Origin: a virus
IMG/VR virus record: IMGVR_UViG_3300044568_004364
DNA length: 64,000 bases
Strand: one strand, 5' to 3'
A program made the translations under genes and the position numbers. A model generated the notes under the pieces. The model was given only the letters and a program-made list of their open reading frames with translations, had not been told where the DNA came from and did not search any database. Shown here piece after piece: positions 53,949 through 64,000 of this stretch; within the stretch, counting starts at the first letter, position 1, and every line of letters begins with the position of its first letter.

Positions 53949-55038
53949 TTTCTTTAAGCAGAGTCATGCGATTAGCTTCCCTTAAATCGTGAATTATCAT
54001 TTCTTCACACATTTGTTCAACACTAATCTCGGGTTTCCAACCAAGTTTTTCCATTGCTTTTGATGGATCGCCTAGCAATGTTTCAACTTCGGCTGGTCGA
54101 AAATATTGTGGATCGATTCGTATAATAATATCACCAACTTTAACACCGCTTGCCTTTGATGAATCACTAATGGCAGAAACAATGCCAATTTCATCGAGGC
54201 CTTCGCCTTTAAAATCAATTTCAATGCCTGCATATTTTGCGGACATTCTTACAAATTCTCTTACGGAAATTTGTTTACCACTGGCAATAACAAAATCATC
54301 AGGAGAATCTTGTTGCAGCATCATCCATTGCATTCTAACATAATCTTTAGCATGACCCCAATCTCTTAATGCATTAAGATTACCAAGAAATAAAGTTTTT
54401 TCTAGAGCAAGAGCAATATTCGCTATGCCTCGCGTTATTTTTCGCGTTACAAAGGTTTCTCCTCGGCGAGGTGATTCATGATTAAAAAGAATGCCATTAC
54501 AAGCATATATGCCATATGCTTCTCTATAGTTTACTGTTATCCAATATGCATATAGCTTAGCGACTCCATAAGGGGAACGAGGATAAAATGGAGTTTTTTC
54601 GGTTTGAATCTCGTTTTGTACATTGCCATATAATTCAGATGTTGATGCCTGATAATAACGGGTCTTTTTTTCTAATCCAAGAAAACGAATTGCTTCAAGC
54701 AATCGCAATGATCCTAATGCATCAACATCAGCAGTATATTCTGGCAAATCAAATGAGACAGCAACATGAGATTGTGCACCTAAGTTATAAATTTCATCAG
54801 GCTCAATTTCTTTGACAAGTCTTATTAGATTTGAACTATCTGAAAGATCGCCATAATGCAGATGAAACATGTTATTATCTTCATGCGGATCTTTATAAAG
54901 ATGATCAATGCGTGATGTATTAAAGGATGAAGATCTGCGTTTAATGCCATGAACTTCATAGCCCTTTTCAAGAAGCAATTCGGCAAGATATGAACCATCC
55001 TGTCCAGTAATACCAGTTATGAGTGCTTTTTTATTCAT
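53938..55038 (-). CDS. gmd: GDP-mannose 4,6-dehydratase
   Basis: [45 protein letters not shown]. Confidence 0.96.
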   Translation of the reverse strand: MNKKALITGITGQDGSYLAELLLEKGYEVHGIKRRSSSFNTSRIDHLYKDPHEDNNMFHLHYGDLSDSSNLIRLVKEIEPDEIYNLGAQSHVAVSFDLPEYTADVDALGSLRLLEAIRFLGLEKKTRYYQASTSELYGNVQNEIQTEKTPFYPRSPYGVAKLYAYWITVNYREAYGIYACNGILFNHESPRRGETFVTRKITRGIANIALALEKTLFLGNLNALRDWGHAKDYVRMQWMMLQQDSPDDFVIASGKQISVREFVRMSAKYAGIEIDFKGEGLDEIGIVSAISDSSKASGVKVGDIIIRIDPQYFRPAEVETLLGDPSKAMEKLGWKPEISVEQMCEEMIIHDLREANRMTLLKENGY

Positions 55039-55410
55039 TGTTAATATGTAATGATAATAATTAATTAGCTAACCAATCACAGAGCAAATAGATTGTCACA
55101 ATCCAAAATAATATTGAGCCTAAGACAACTGGCCAACAACCACGTTTTTCATTTTTCGAATAGTCGTGAACTGGATATTTGAATTTTTTCATATTTTTAT
55201 TTATCTTCATTATTTTCAAAATAATCATTTAATACACTATGAATCTTAAGACCTCTTGATGTGACACCTTCACTTATTTGACCAAGCTGCCCAAAATCAA
55301 TTTTCCATACGGCACAACCAAGCTCATTGATGAGCGCAGTTCTTGTACGATAGCCTGTTTGAAAGCATACGGTATCTTCAACACCATTATTTTCGAAATT
55401 GATCATACGA

Positions 55411-55807
55411 TTAATATTTGTATTCTTTTATTGTAACACGGACTGAACTAAATTCAGAGTCATTAGATATCAATTGACCGCATTGTAAAAATGAACCGCA
55501 AATTCTATTATTAACTGAACTCCAAACTATATCACGAACTGCTTTATGAACTGAATACCAAACTGGTTGATAGACTGCACTTTTAATTTCATCTTCAATA
55601 TTAATATTCATATTCTTTTATTGCAACGTTAAGTGAGTCATGAACTGAGACACGAACTGAGTCAACAACCGAGCCACGAACTGAGTCATCAACCGAGTTA
55701 TCAACTGAGTCATAGACTGAGTTATTAACAGTGTCCCAAACTGAGTCATAAACTGAGTTCCAAACTGAGTTCCAAACTGAGCGATTTATTTTATCTTCAA
55801 TATTCAT
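55411..55807 (-). repeat. array C: two SV-X-X family mini-genes (55601-55807, 55411-55611)
   Basis: MNIEDKINRSVWNSVWNS...KEYEY and a divergent partner. Confidence 0.8.
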
Positions 55808-55991
55808 ATTCAATCTTGTCCATTGGTTAATAATGATATTCCTAACATAAGTGAAAACCACATTAACAGAAATCCTAATACATAACCAGCAGCAATAAGC
55901 ACATCATGTAAACCATATTCCTTTACCATAAGACAAAGATATATTGTAAATGGCAATGATACGAGAATGCCTCCTAATAGTTTTGCTTTAT

Positions 55992-56498
55992 TCATAATCC
56001 AAAATAACCTTTAATCGTTTCAAGAGTTACAAACACATTACCCGTCTTTGGATAAACCACATCAACACAAGTATTATAGTAACGCTTGTCAAGAGTGCCA
56101 TACCAAGTGCGCACACTATGTTGATGAACATGGCCGTGCACGTTCTTTTTGCCGCGGAGTTCGGCAGGATGGATAGGTGAGTGACTCAGCCACATAGCTT
56201 TATACTTGATGATGCCATGAATTTCTTCAAAGACACTAGTCTGTAGCGCGGTGCTCGTCATATCATCGTGGTTACCTTTGATGAGAATCTTACGACCACA
56301 TAGATTGCCCATTGCGATGAGCTCATCGTCCGTAAAGGCAGCATCGCCCATGACATATACGATGTCAGTCTTTTTAACCGTATCACGCCATAGCTTATGA
56401 ATATGAGCAGTGTTTGCTGCACTATCTCTAACCCATGGACGATACTTTCCAATTGCTTTATGACCCAGATGCGGGTCGCCTATAAAATATACGCTCAT
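55992..56498 (-). CDS. metallophosphoesterase
   Basis: GDPHLGH, MGD, KGNHD, HGHVH. Confidence 0.85.
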   Translation of the reverse strand: MSVYFIGDPHLGHKAIGKYRPWVRDSAANTAHIHKLWRDTVKKTDIVYVMGDAAFTDDELIAMGNLCGRKILIKGNHDDMTSTALQTSVFEEIHGIIKYKAMWLSHSPIHPAELRGKKNVHGHVHQHSVRTWYGTLDKRYYNTCVDVVYPKTGNVFVTLETIKGYFGL

Positions 56499-56779
56499 GT
56501 TTTTATTTCTTTCAATTCTTCATCCCAACGACGATGAAAGCTATCTTCTCCGTCATCACCGCTAACGAGCCAATCGACTCGCTGAGCCATTATAGCAGCT
56601 TTTCTTAGCGTATCAACGGCAGTTTTGAACTTTTCAATTGTTTCAGCACTATAGCCTCCGCCACGCCGATAGCCCCATTCATCCAATGACTCATCGTCAT
56701 TGCTCTTGATAAGTTCTTCAATACTTTTTGCAATGTCTTCAATGCGATCTTGCTGATATTCAAAATGTCCTCCACTCAT
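56495..56779 (-). CDS. conserved phage hypothetical protein
   Basis: MSGGHF...DWLVSGDDGEDSF. Confidence 0.65.
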   Translation of the reverse strand: MSGGHFEYQQDRIEDIAKSIEELIKSNDDESLDEWGYRRGGGYSAETIEKFKTAVDTLRKAAIMAQRVDWLVSGDDGEDSFHRRWDEELKEIKT

Positions 56780-57120
56780 ATATGTTATTTAATTATATTG
56801 ATTGCTCTTCGAATTTTGAGCGCAATGCTTCATATTGAGAGCGCTCGTAGTCAAGTCGTTTGTGATCTCTGATTGCTTCATTTGCTTCAGCTTGTGCAGA
56901 CTCTTCAGCTGTCATATATCGGGTGCCAAGAATTTCAACATACCCACAGTCGCCTCGAAAAAATTCAATAGACGTGCTAATTGCGCCTAGTTCTTTTGCT
57001 TTTTGGTTAAGGCTCTCAAGCGTTTTAATCAACTCTTCAATTGACTCACCATAAGCAACGTTGCTGTTGTCTAATTCAAATTTTTTTGTTCTTTTAGTCA
57101 TATTTTTTGTCATAGTAGGG

Positions 57121-57507
57121 TTACCAGCTTGAAGTATAAAGAAGTTCTTCATTTTCAAAGTCAAAGGTTGCTAGAATTTCTGATAGAATATCAATGGTGG
57201 AGTTGACTCTATTCCAATACCATTCATCATACACGGTGCTACCAAAAAAGAAGCCACTTTGTGTTGGCAGCAAGCTTGTATCTTTTGTCTGCTGCAGCTT
57301 CTTGAGAACTTCTACAAGCTCGCTTAGTTTAGTTCGTGACACGACATAAGCGCCGCAGTCATCAACATCGTCTTGTACATTGCGAACAAACCAAGCATGC
57401 AATGCATTGAATTTGCGCCAATAGGCGAGTTCTGCCCAATCGGCATAATCATTTGCTTTAGCACGATTAAGTTCTGATCGTGAAGTTAAGTACATGTCAA
57501 GTCCCAT
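57121..57507 (-). CDS. conserved phage hypothetical protein
   Basis: MGLDMYL...YWRKFNALHAWF...GFFFGS. Confidence 0.7.
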   Translation of the reverse strand: MGLDMYLTSRSELNRAKANDYADWAELAYWRKFNALHAWFVRNVQDDVDDCGAYVVSRTKLSELVEVLKKLQQTKDTSLLPTQSGFFFGSTVYDEWYWNRVNSTIDILSEILATFDFENEELLYTSSW

Positions 57508-57567
57508 AATTTTATTTTTTGTTAGTTATTCTTTGTTTTGCTCTCTTCTAAATTATAACGATGTTCC

Positions 57568-57966
57568 TTATGTCCACAAGTAGCCTCGGTACTTCACAAT
57601 CGTGCTTAACATTTCAGTGTCACGTTCATAAAGATCGCTCTCTGCTTTGATCGCACGTTGTATTTCGTTCGCGGCAAATGCCTCATCAATTTCTTTTTCA
57701 AGTACTGCGCGTTCTGTTTTGAAATATGCATACACTTTGCGAATAGCATCATTCCAAGCATAGCTTTGCTCTGCATAGCCTTCACTAACATGTCCTGCTT
57801 TTAGATCTTCATCATAATAACCACGGTCAGGCAATTCACCTTTCATTTCTTGCTCGACATAATCGAACAAGCACTGCACTAAGACAGTTTCAATGATGGT
57901 GTCTTTGTCTCTCCAATCGCCTGATATACGATCAGTGAGCCATTTTTGTCGGTTCTTTTTTGCCAT
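57568..57966 (-). CDS. hypothetical protein
   Basis: Follows promoter at 57986-58030. Confidence 0.6.
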   Translation of the reverse strand: MAKKNRQKWLTDRISGDWRDKDTIIETVLVQCLFDYVEQEMKGELPDRGYYDEDLKAGHVSEGYAEQSYAWNDAIRKVYAYFKTERAVLEKEIDEAFAANEIQRAIKAESDLYERDTEMLSTIVKYRGYLWT

Positions 57967-58032
57967 AATGATATTGTAGTTTGTCTACAGATTTATTATA
58001 CACTATTAGTGTGCTCTTGTAAATAAAAAAGA

Positions 58033-58626
58033 TTAAGTATTGAGATTTGTAGCAATCTTGCACATATTCCAGTAGATTTCAATTGCCTTTAATGCTTCCC
58101 CAATTTGTTCAAATCTATGAGTACCACCATTAAAGCGAATGACTTCATATTTCTTTAATGCTTCAGCTGTTGCAGATGAGTCAAACAGTTCATCGCCATC
58201 GGCCAATAAGACAAGAGGAACGTATGAATGCATAGCGGTCTCTGTTATAGATTGACAGTTGAATGACTCTACGGTCTTAGCCGTTAAACGAGAAACTGTG
58301 CCGTCTACATAATTCACATATTCAGTTTCAAATGATTTACCTGAAAAAGTTTTGTATGGGTCTATGCACGGGTTAATTAATACGCAAGGAACTCCTAAAA
58401 CTTTAGCACATGCGTCCGCATAATATGCACCTAAGCTGGTTCCAACAATAAGCAAGTCATCTGCATATTCACTTATACGATCGAGGATATAACCAATGAC
58501 ATCCTCGCGTGGTGCAAAGGTATCATATGAAAAGCCAATGACATCTTTATCGAGTTTATGTAAAGCCGCGAACTTGGCATTACGCGGATCATATCCGCCG
58601 TTAAAGCCATGTAAGTATACAATCAT
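58033..58626 (-). CDS. YqiA/UPF0227-like alpha/beta hydrolase
   Basis: YLHGF, GTSLG, LINP, GDE, GGTH. Confidence 0.82.
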   Translation of the reverse strand: MIVYLHGFNGGYDPRNAKFAALHKLDKDVIGFSYDTFAPREDVIGYILDRISEYADDLLIVGTSLGAYYADACAKVLGVPCVLINPCIDPYKTFSGKSFETEYVNYVDGTVSRLTAKTVESFNCQSITETAMHSYVPLVLLADGDELFDSSATAEALKKYEVIRFNGGTHRFEQIGEALKAIEIYWNMCKIATNLNT

Positions 58627-59237
58627 AAGATCGGTTTTCCAGGTGTCCCAATTGCCATTTTAAGAAATTGCGCATCACCAATTTCCCTTACATAAAAATA
58701 CTGATGCCAATCTTTAAACCGCTTGTATATTGCTTGATCAGCACGGTCCAGATTAGCATTAACATACTCTTGTGTAGGAATGATAATTTCATCATCAAAG
58801 ATTTCCACGACTTTTTGATGTGGAATCGCGTATGCTTTGATTAATTCACGTGGTATTGTTTTCATAATGAATGCAAGTATACCTTTAGAATATTCACCAA
58901 AAGAGACCTTAAATGTTTCTTTCAGAGTGTCAGATAAAACCTTTAATGCTTTTGGCGATCCGTCTGTTCCTAGCGCAATTGCCTTACGACCACCACGATC
59001 TTTATAGAGCATTACCATCTTAAGCGTGTCGCCATCAAAGAAGAGTTTCCAAAAAGGGATAGACATAATCATATCATCAGGCGAAGAAAATCCTTTACCT
59101 TTAATTCCTCCAATTTTTGCATAAGACTGTTGTATTAAATCCCACACTGCAGGAGCGTACTTTTCACGATCAGCATCATCTTTTGAAAGAATTAAATTTG
59201 TGAATCCTTCAGAAATATATGTTTTAAATGATTTCAT
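58623..59237 (-). CDS. late protein with capsid-targeting-like N-terminus
   Basis: MKSFKTYISE; late promoter at 59244-59251. Confidence 0.6.
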   Translation of the reverse strand: MKSFKTYISEGFTNLILSKDDADREKYAPAVWDLIQQSYAKIGGIKGKGFSSPDDMIMSIPFWKLFFDGDTLKMVMLYKDRGGRKAIALGTDGSPKALKVLSDTLKETFKVSFGEYSKGILAFIMKTIPRELIKAYAIPHQKVVEIFDDEIIIPTQEYVNANLDRADQAIYKRFKDWHQYFYVREIGDAQFLKMAIGTPGKPIL

Positions 59238-60372
59238 TATGTATATTTATATGAATATGCGATTGCAGCTGCTTCGGCTTCTTCAGGTGTTGGATAATTT
59301 TTTGCCATATTATTTCTCTACAAAAACTTGACCATGAAACTGTCGTGTCTCAGTTATTCCAACGTTTGTTTTTTCATGAGCAATTAAGACAGTTTTTTCT
59401 GTTATGCTTATGACAGTTCCAGTTAAAAATACGCGATAGCCTGTTTGCATAAATGCAACAATATCACCTACAGAGATATCATTACCAAAAAAATCTTTTG
59501 CTGTTTTCATATTATCCAATTACTTCAAATTCTTTTAAGATATCTTCTGCAATATCTTCATAGTCATCTACGCGAACACCTGGGTTTGAGCGACAATAGC
59601 TATAGCCTTCCATTTCAGTGGTATAGTTGTCGATAATGGCGATGATTCGTTCTTTGATTTCTTCTTTAGTCATAATGATATTATATCAGAGTTCGTTACC
59701 AATAAGTGTAGGTGAGAATCGTTCCGTCCTCGTGACGATACTTAGCATTCACATAATTCTGAACGCAGCTATCATCACAGTCTTCAAAGATTCCCAAACG
59801 CTCTTGAAGGTCTCGCATTGCATCAATATAAGCTTTGCATGCAGCTGCTGCTTCATCGCGTGTATTGTAAATAATTTCGTTCATATCTAATTGTGTTAGA
59901 GTTCGTTTTTGTTTTATTGGAGAACAGTATGTTCTTCAATCATACTGTTCAACCAGCTTTCATAAGTTTTGCCAACCCAGCCTGCTCGCTTGACCACGCT
60001 TGACTCATAGTATCGTCTTGCAGTTTCAGTATCGAGATATTTCATCGCAGATTCTTTAGTTGAGAAGATCTTTTCAATTCCTTGAATTTCCCAACCATCT
60101 CGATCATAGATAACGTAAACGTTCATTGTAGTAATATTGTATCAGAGTTTATTTAGTTTTGATACGACCTGCTCGGTCGCATAGAAAGATCTTATCGCCT
60201 ACGGCTTTTAGTAGTTTCCAATCACCTGTCTTGTGATTCATCATTTGCTTTTTGATGCGAGCTGGAATATCTTCAAACGAATCAAAGGTTTTGATTTCAG
60301 GGCCAAAAATTCCAATCGGTCCAAAATACATATATTGTTTTGCTTTCATATTATGATTGTGTTAGAGTTTGA

Positions 60373-60708
60373 TTAGTGGCGAATGCCATAGCGATTTTCT
60401 TCATAGCCGCCACGAGCTTCTTTAGCTTTAGCATATTCGAGAAAAGCACCTGCTTTTTCGTTAGTGTTTTTGCGAGTCCTTTTCACAATTGCAACATGTT
60501 GAACTGTGGTGGGATCAAGGCGATAGGTATCACCTTTGGCGTCAACAATGTCAATCGTAACTTTATTGACTTTGGCAATCGTATATTCACGTGTCACACA
60601 TTCGGTGCAGCCTCGGCCATCATGATGGCTGGTAGTCACTTCAATGACTTGACCGGCTTTGAAGTTTTCAGCGAGCGCGGGAGCAGTTGCTTTTTTTATT
60701 AGTTTCAT
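60373..60708 (-). CDS. hypothetical early protein
   Basis: First gene after the promoter. Confidence 0.6.
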   Translation of the reverse strand: MKLIKKATAPALAENFKAGQVIEVTTSHHDGRGCTECVTREYTIAKVNKVTIDIVDAKGDTYRLDPTTVQHVAIVKRTRKNTNEKAGAFLEYAKAKEARGGYEENRYGIRH

Positions 60709-60718
60709 AACATTTAGT

Positions 60719-60788
60719 GGTTACAGATTTATTATACACTAAACCACCCAGCTTGTAAAACAAAAAATGAAGAAAAATGCATTTTTTT
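60719..60788 (-). promoter_or_regulatory. early promoter with upstream palindrome
   Basis: TTTACAAGC...GTGTATAATAAATCTGTAACC; AAAAATGCATTTTT. Confidence 0.78.
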
Positions 60789-60832
60789 CACATTTTTCTT
60801 CATTTTTAGCCAAAACCGCAGTTTTTCTGCTC

Positions 60833-61255
60833 TTAATAGAGCTTCAGGTGACTTGTGAGTTCATCTAATCGTTCATTCCAATCAGGACCCAATGCAATGC
60901 AAGTGGCTGTGCTCACACCATTAAAGACCGTGCGGCCATTATCAACCACGAGATGTGCCATGACTCCAGCTTCTGTTGCTTTCGCTTCAAGCTCATGCAA
61001 CTCCTCTTCGCTGTCAACACCAAGAACAACCTTTGTGAAGCTGTTCTCTAGCCAATCACGTATTGCGCCATTGTGCATGTCAATAGAGTCGTCGTCATTC
61101 ATAAAGACATCATTAAGCATATCAGCTTGCCAACCAACCCGACCTTCACGAGTAAGAAAGCTCATTGCTGCATGCGCAACTTGAGCCGCCATCTTACCGT
61201 GTTTCATTTTTAGATCGCGGCGTACCACGATGACTTGTTTAGTCTTTACTGCCAT
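60833..61255 (-). CDS. peptidyl-tRNA hydrolase, Pth2 family
   Basis: KQVIVVRRDL..GKMAAQVAHA, KVVL, DNGRT, T..ALGP. Confidence 0.88.
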   Translation of the reverse strand: MAVKTKQVIVVRRDLKMKHGKMAAQVAHAAMSFLTREGRVGWQADMLNDVFMNDDDSIDMHNGAIRDWLENSFTKVVLGVDSEEELHELEAKATEAGVMAHLVVDNGRTVFNGVSTATCIALGPDWNERLDELTSHLKLY

Positions 61256-61444
61256 ACAATAACTCCAATCCGCGTTAGATAAATGCAGAGTGCCACAAAT
61301 GCAGCGATGAATTGGCACAGCCAAAAGCGACCATGCTTGACGCTAGGCTGCTCATAACACTTATCAATCATTACATACACGCTCCAATAAGGATTGTCAT
61401 CATAATAGATACTGCCCATGACATTACTGTTATTCCATTAATAA

Positions 61445-61936
61445 TCATTCTATTTCAATTTCTTCTTTTAAGAGTTTATAACCCTGTCGCCCCGCTTCAC
61501 CAGAAGATAGTGTCTTTATCCAACCATAGCCTTTGCCCTTAGTGCAAAGGCTACCAGCTTCACCCGTGACTTCACAAATCTTAAAGCTACGATCTTCGGC
61601 ATCACTAATCAGACTTTTAATTTCTTCAACGCGATCGCCTTCATAAGAGTAATAAAATCGCAATCCTCCGAACTTTTCTTTGATTTGACCAATCTCGAAA
61701 GTTAGATTATTTTCATCAACAATCTTGGCGAGCTTAGAGCATAGCTCTTCCACCATAGGTTGCCATCCAACTGGACACCATGCTCCACAATCAGGTTGTT
61801 TTGGTTTACCCTCATCATCCTTTGGAAAGAGTTGTGGATATGCTGCCATCAGACGTTCTGAAAACCTTTCTTGAATCATTTCTTCTTTTGTAAAATAATC
61901 CAACATCTCTCCTACGTTTTTAAATGTTTCGCTCAT
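61445..61936 (-). CDS. conserved phage hypothetical protein
   Basis: GW..QIKEKFGGLRFY..CEVTG. Confidence 0.7.
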   Translation of the reverse strand: MSETFKNVGEMLDYFTKEEMIQERFSERLMAAYPQLFPKDDEGKPKQPDCGAWCPVGWQPMVEELCSKLAKIVDENNLTFEIGQIKEKFGGLRFYYSYEGDRVEEIKSLISDAEDRSFKICEVTGEAGSLCTKGKGYGWIKTLSSGEAGRQGYKLLKEEIEIE

Positions 61937-61953
61937 AATTTAATTTATATTCT

Positions 61954-62418
61954 TTATCGTTTTAATAGTTCAGGGTTTTCAAACTTATTTCCAATTACAG
62001 TATGATTGTCTAAAATGTCAGGTGAATGACCATAGACATGATCAAAAAACGGACCATCACCATCAATCATGTATGTACCCGCTGCGAAGTAGACGACACC
62101 AATATTAGCTTCATCTTCTCCGCCATCATGATCAGCAGCGAGAATATCGCCTTCGTAGATTGGTGTGCGATTCTTATCATAGCAACCAGTGTATTGTTGA
62201 ACAACATAAGGAGATTCTTTTACATGTGTATTTTTATCAAAATAAAAGTTTGGCTCACTGTCTCTACTGAAAAATTTGTTGTCAGTTGTAACAATTTCCA
62301 CAACCTCTCCAGTAAAGATGTTAAGACAATATTCGCCCCAACAGTGTGTTCCTGCATCATCGTTCAACCAGCTTTTGGTTGATTTGTTCCATACGCGAAA
62401 TTTAAGTTCTCTATTCAT
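61954..62418 (-). CDS. YopX family protein
   Basis: RELKFRVW, QYTG..DKN..IYEGDI, VIGN.FENPELL. Confidence 0.85.
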   Translation of the reverse strand: MNRELKFRVWNKSTKSWLNDDAGTHCWGEYCLNIFTGEVVEIVTTDNKFFSRDSEPNFYFDKNTHVKESPYVVQQYTGCYDKNRTPIYEGDILAADHDGGEDEANIGVVYFAAGTYMIDGDGPFFDHVYGHSPDILDNHTVIGNKFENPELLKR

Positions 62419-62771
62419 TGTTCCACGGTATGATATTTTACTTCTTTTGTTTGCCAGCTTCTGATTTGTTTTTCCGCCCGTTCTTTGCTCGACCATCCAA
62501 TGGAACTATCTTCCCACCGCCAAAGAAATTTTGTTTGAACTGTAAATGTACTGATACTGTTATTATTAATCGTTTCTTTTATTCTGTATTTCATTTTCTT
62601 TTTTCTGTGTTAAATCGTTCAATTAAAGCGTCAAGCATTATAGTATGATACTCGCCTTTTGCAAGTTCCCAAGCGTCAGCTTGTAGTATGCTATAGCGAG
62701 TTGACAATCTTTTTCCGCTATGAGGATCTTCGATTGTAATTGTTATAAGTTCGTCTCCGCTCATATTTTAA

Positions 62772-63059
62772 TTATTGAGATGCTCCTTCTGGCAATGGTG
62801 GACATTTTTGATACTGCCACCATTCACTGCCATCATATTCGCCACGGTCACTCCATGAGCCATCGTTATACCAAATTGTGCCAAAGAGTTCTTGACTCCC
62901 ATAGCCGCTATCATAGTCAAAGTCGAGACGAGGCAATACCTCTTCAAGAGTTCCTTCGATCTTTATGTTACTATCTCCCAAGCCGAGTTCGTGGTTGATT
63001 TGAACATACTTTACTTCGCGATCAGCGATGTGTCTCAATAGTTCATATTTTGCATTCAT
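62772..63059 (-). CDS. conserved phage hypothetical protein
   Basis: DYDSGYGSQELFGTIW.DG.W..R.EYDGSEWW. Confidence 0.65.
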   Translation of the reverse strand: MNAKYELLRHIADREVKYVQINHELGLGDSNIKIEGTLEEVLPRLDFDYDSGYGSQELFGTIWYNDGSWSDRGEYDGSEWWQYQKCPPLPEGASQ

Positions 63060-63063
63060 ATTA

Positions 63064-63435
63064 TTATTTGATAGTTGGTACAACAGTTGCAGTTTCTCTA
63101 ATCTCTGCTCCCCATGTGTTTCGTCTTTTGGTGACGAGAATGTCGCCTTCCACATTATCCCATCGCTTGTTGTCTGAGATAACCTTATAGTGTAAGTCAT
63201 TGCTATAGAATAGTGAAAAGTTCTGATCGCTAATTTTTTGAGCAGGATAACGATAAGCGGTGTGTTCACCTCCAGTTGTAAATCCAAGCAGGAACAGCAT
63301 TCCCGCAGCGATAAAACATGTAATGTGAGTAGTAATGCTATGCTTATACATATACCATAATCCTATTGCTAGTAGGACCAATGGAGTTGCAATGAATAAT
63401 GTTACGCCTTCTGTGGTTAATAATGTTGAGTTCAT
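63064..63435 (-). CDS. membrane protein
   Basis: Two N-terminal hydrophobic segments. Confidence 0.55.
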   Translation of the reverse strand: MNSTLLTTEGVTLFIATPLVLLAIGLWYMYKHSITTHITCFIAAGMLFLLGFTTGGEHTAYRYPAQKISDQNFSLFYSNDLHYKVISDNKRWDNVEGDILVTKRRNTWGAEIRETATVVPTIK

Positions 63436-63664
63436 ATTGTTATTATTATTTTGATTTATACATCCACTGCGTCACGAACACACTTCAAGTCCTCGATGAC
63501 TTCTTCCAATTCGCTCAAGGCGCCATCGCCTCGATCTGCTTCGCAGGTGTAAATATAAAAGGTGTTCTTGATTGACTCAATACGCTTCTCATACTTTTCA
63601 ATCAATGCAGTGATGTGTGATTTGATAGGATCAGATTGTTTCATAATTTTTTAGATGTTAAAAT

Positions 63665-63895
63665 TTAGCTGTGAGCTGGAGTATCGCGCAATTCGTTTAT
63701 CATATATTGTACTTCTTCGAAGAGATCTACGAGTTCATTCATAGCACGACGCTCGTCAGAGGACGAAAAGTCGTCAACGTACTCTTCGTATGTAACACCT
63801 TTCTCGTGCGCTTCTTCAAGATCGCCTAGAATTTGCTGAAGTGCAAGTCTAGTGTTTTGATACATGCAATAGCTCATGTTTGGATAATTACTCAT
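63665..63895 (-). CDS. hypothetical protein
   Basis: NMSYCMYQNT motif. Confidence 0.6.
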   Translation of the reverse strand: MSNYPNMSYCMYQNTRLALQQILGDLEEAHEKGVTYEEYVDDFSSSDERRAMNELVDLFEEVQYMINELRDTPAHS

Positions 63896-64000
63896 AATGG
63901 TGTGTGGTTGTGTGTGTGGTTGAGTTTAGTGTGCGTAGCCGTATTCGTAGAGACCGTTGAGCAGCTCCTTGAGTTCGTCGATACTCATGTCCTTGAGACC

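Overview
A 64-kb segment of a large T4-like (Tevenvirinae-type) lytic phage genome, almost entirely coded on the minus strand. 1-2.3 kb: 15 tRNA genes, including a rare tRNA-Ile(UAU), interspersed with several CCA-tailed or tRNA-like ncRNAs. 2.8-19 kb: ClpP-like protease, exonuclease, RNase H, GIY-YIG nuclease, nrdA/nrdB and a late block of probable internal-head proteins. 19.1-23.4 kb: a gp41 helicase broken into three genes joined by two split inteins, each split point occupied by a homing endonuclease gene. 23.4-30.9 kb: gp40, uvsX and a DNA-hypermodification cluster (gp42, HAD-kinase fusion, cytidylyltransferase, epimerase, glycosyltransferase, C5-methyltransferase-like). 31-32.7 kb: phoH and a probable holin plus overlapping spanin pair. 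32.8-64 kb: early accessory region with repeated sigma70-type promoters, arrays of Ser-Val-X-X repeat mini-genes beside a DUF6745-like gene, gmd/fcl, RNA ligase, Pth2 and others. The most striking element is at 42.6-45.8 kb: a GC-rich array of 10 integron-type gene cassettes (9 complete attC sites plus 2 half-sites, no integrase in the window). Its ORFs are all antisense to the canonical attC orientation and take their start and stop codons from the attC loops. All family assignments are by motif recognition from memory; no database searches were run.
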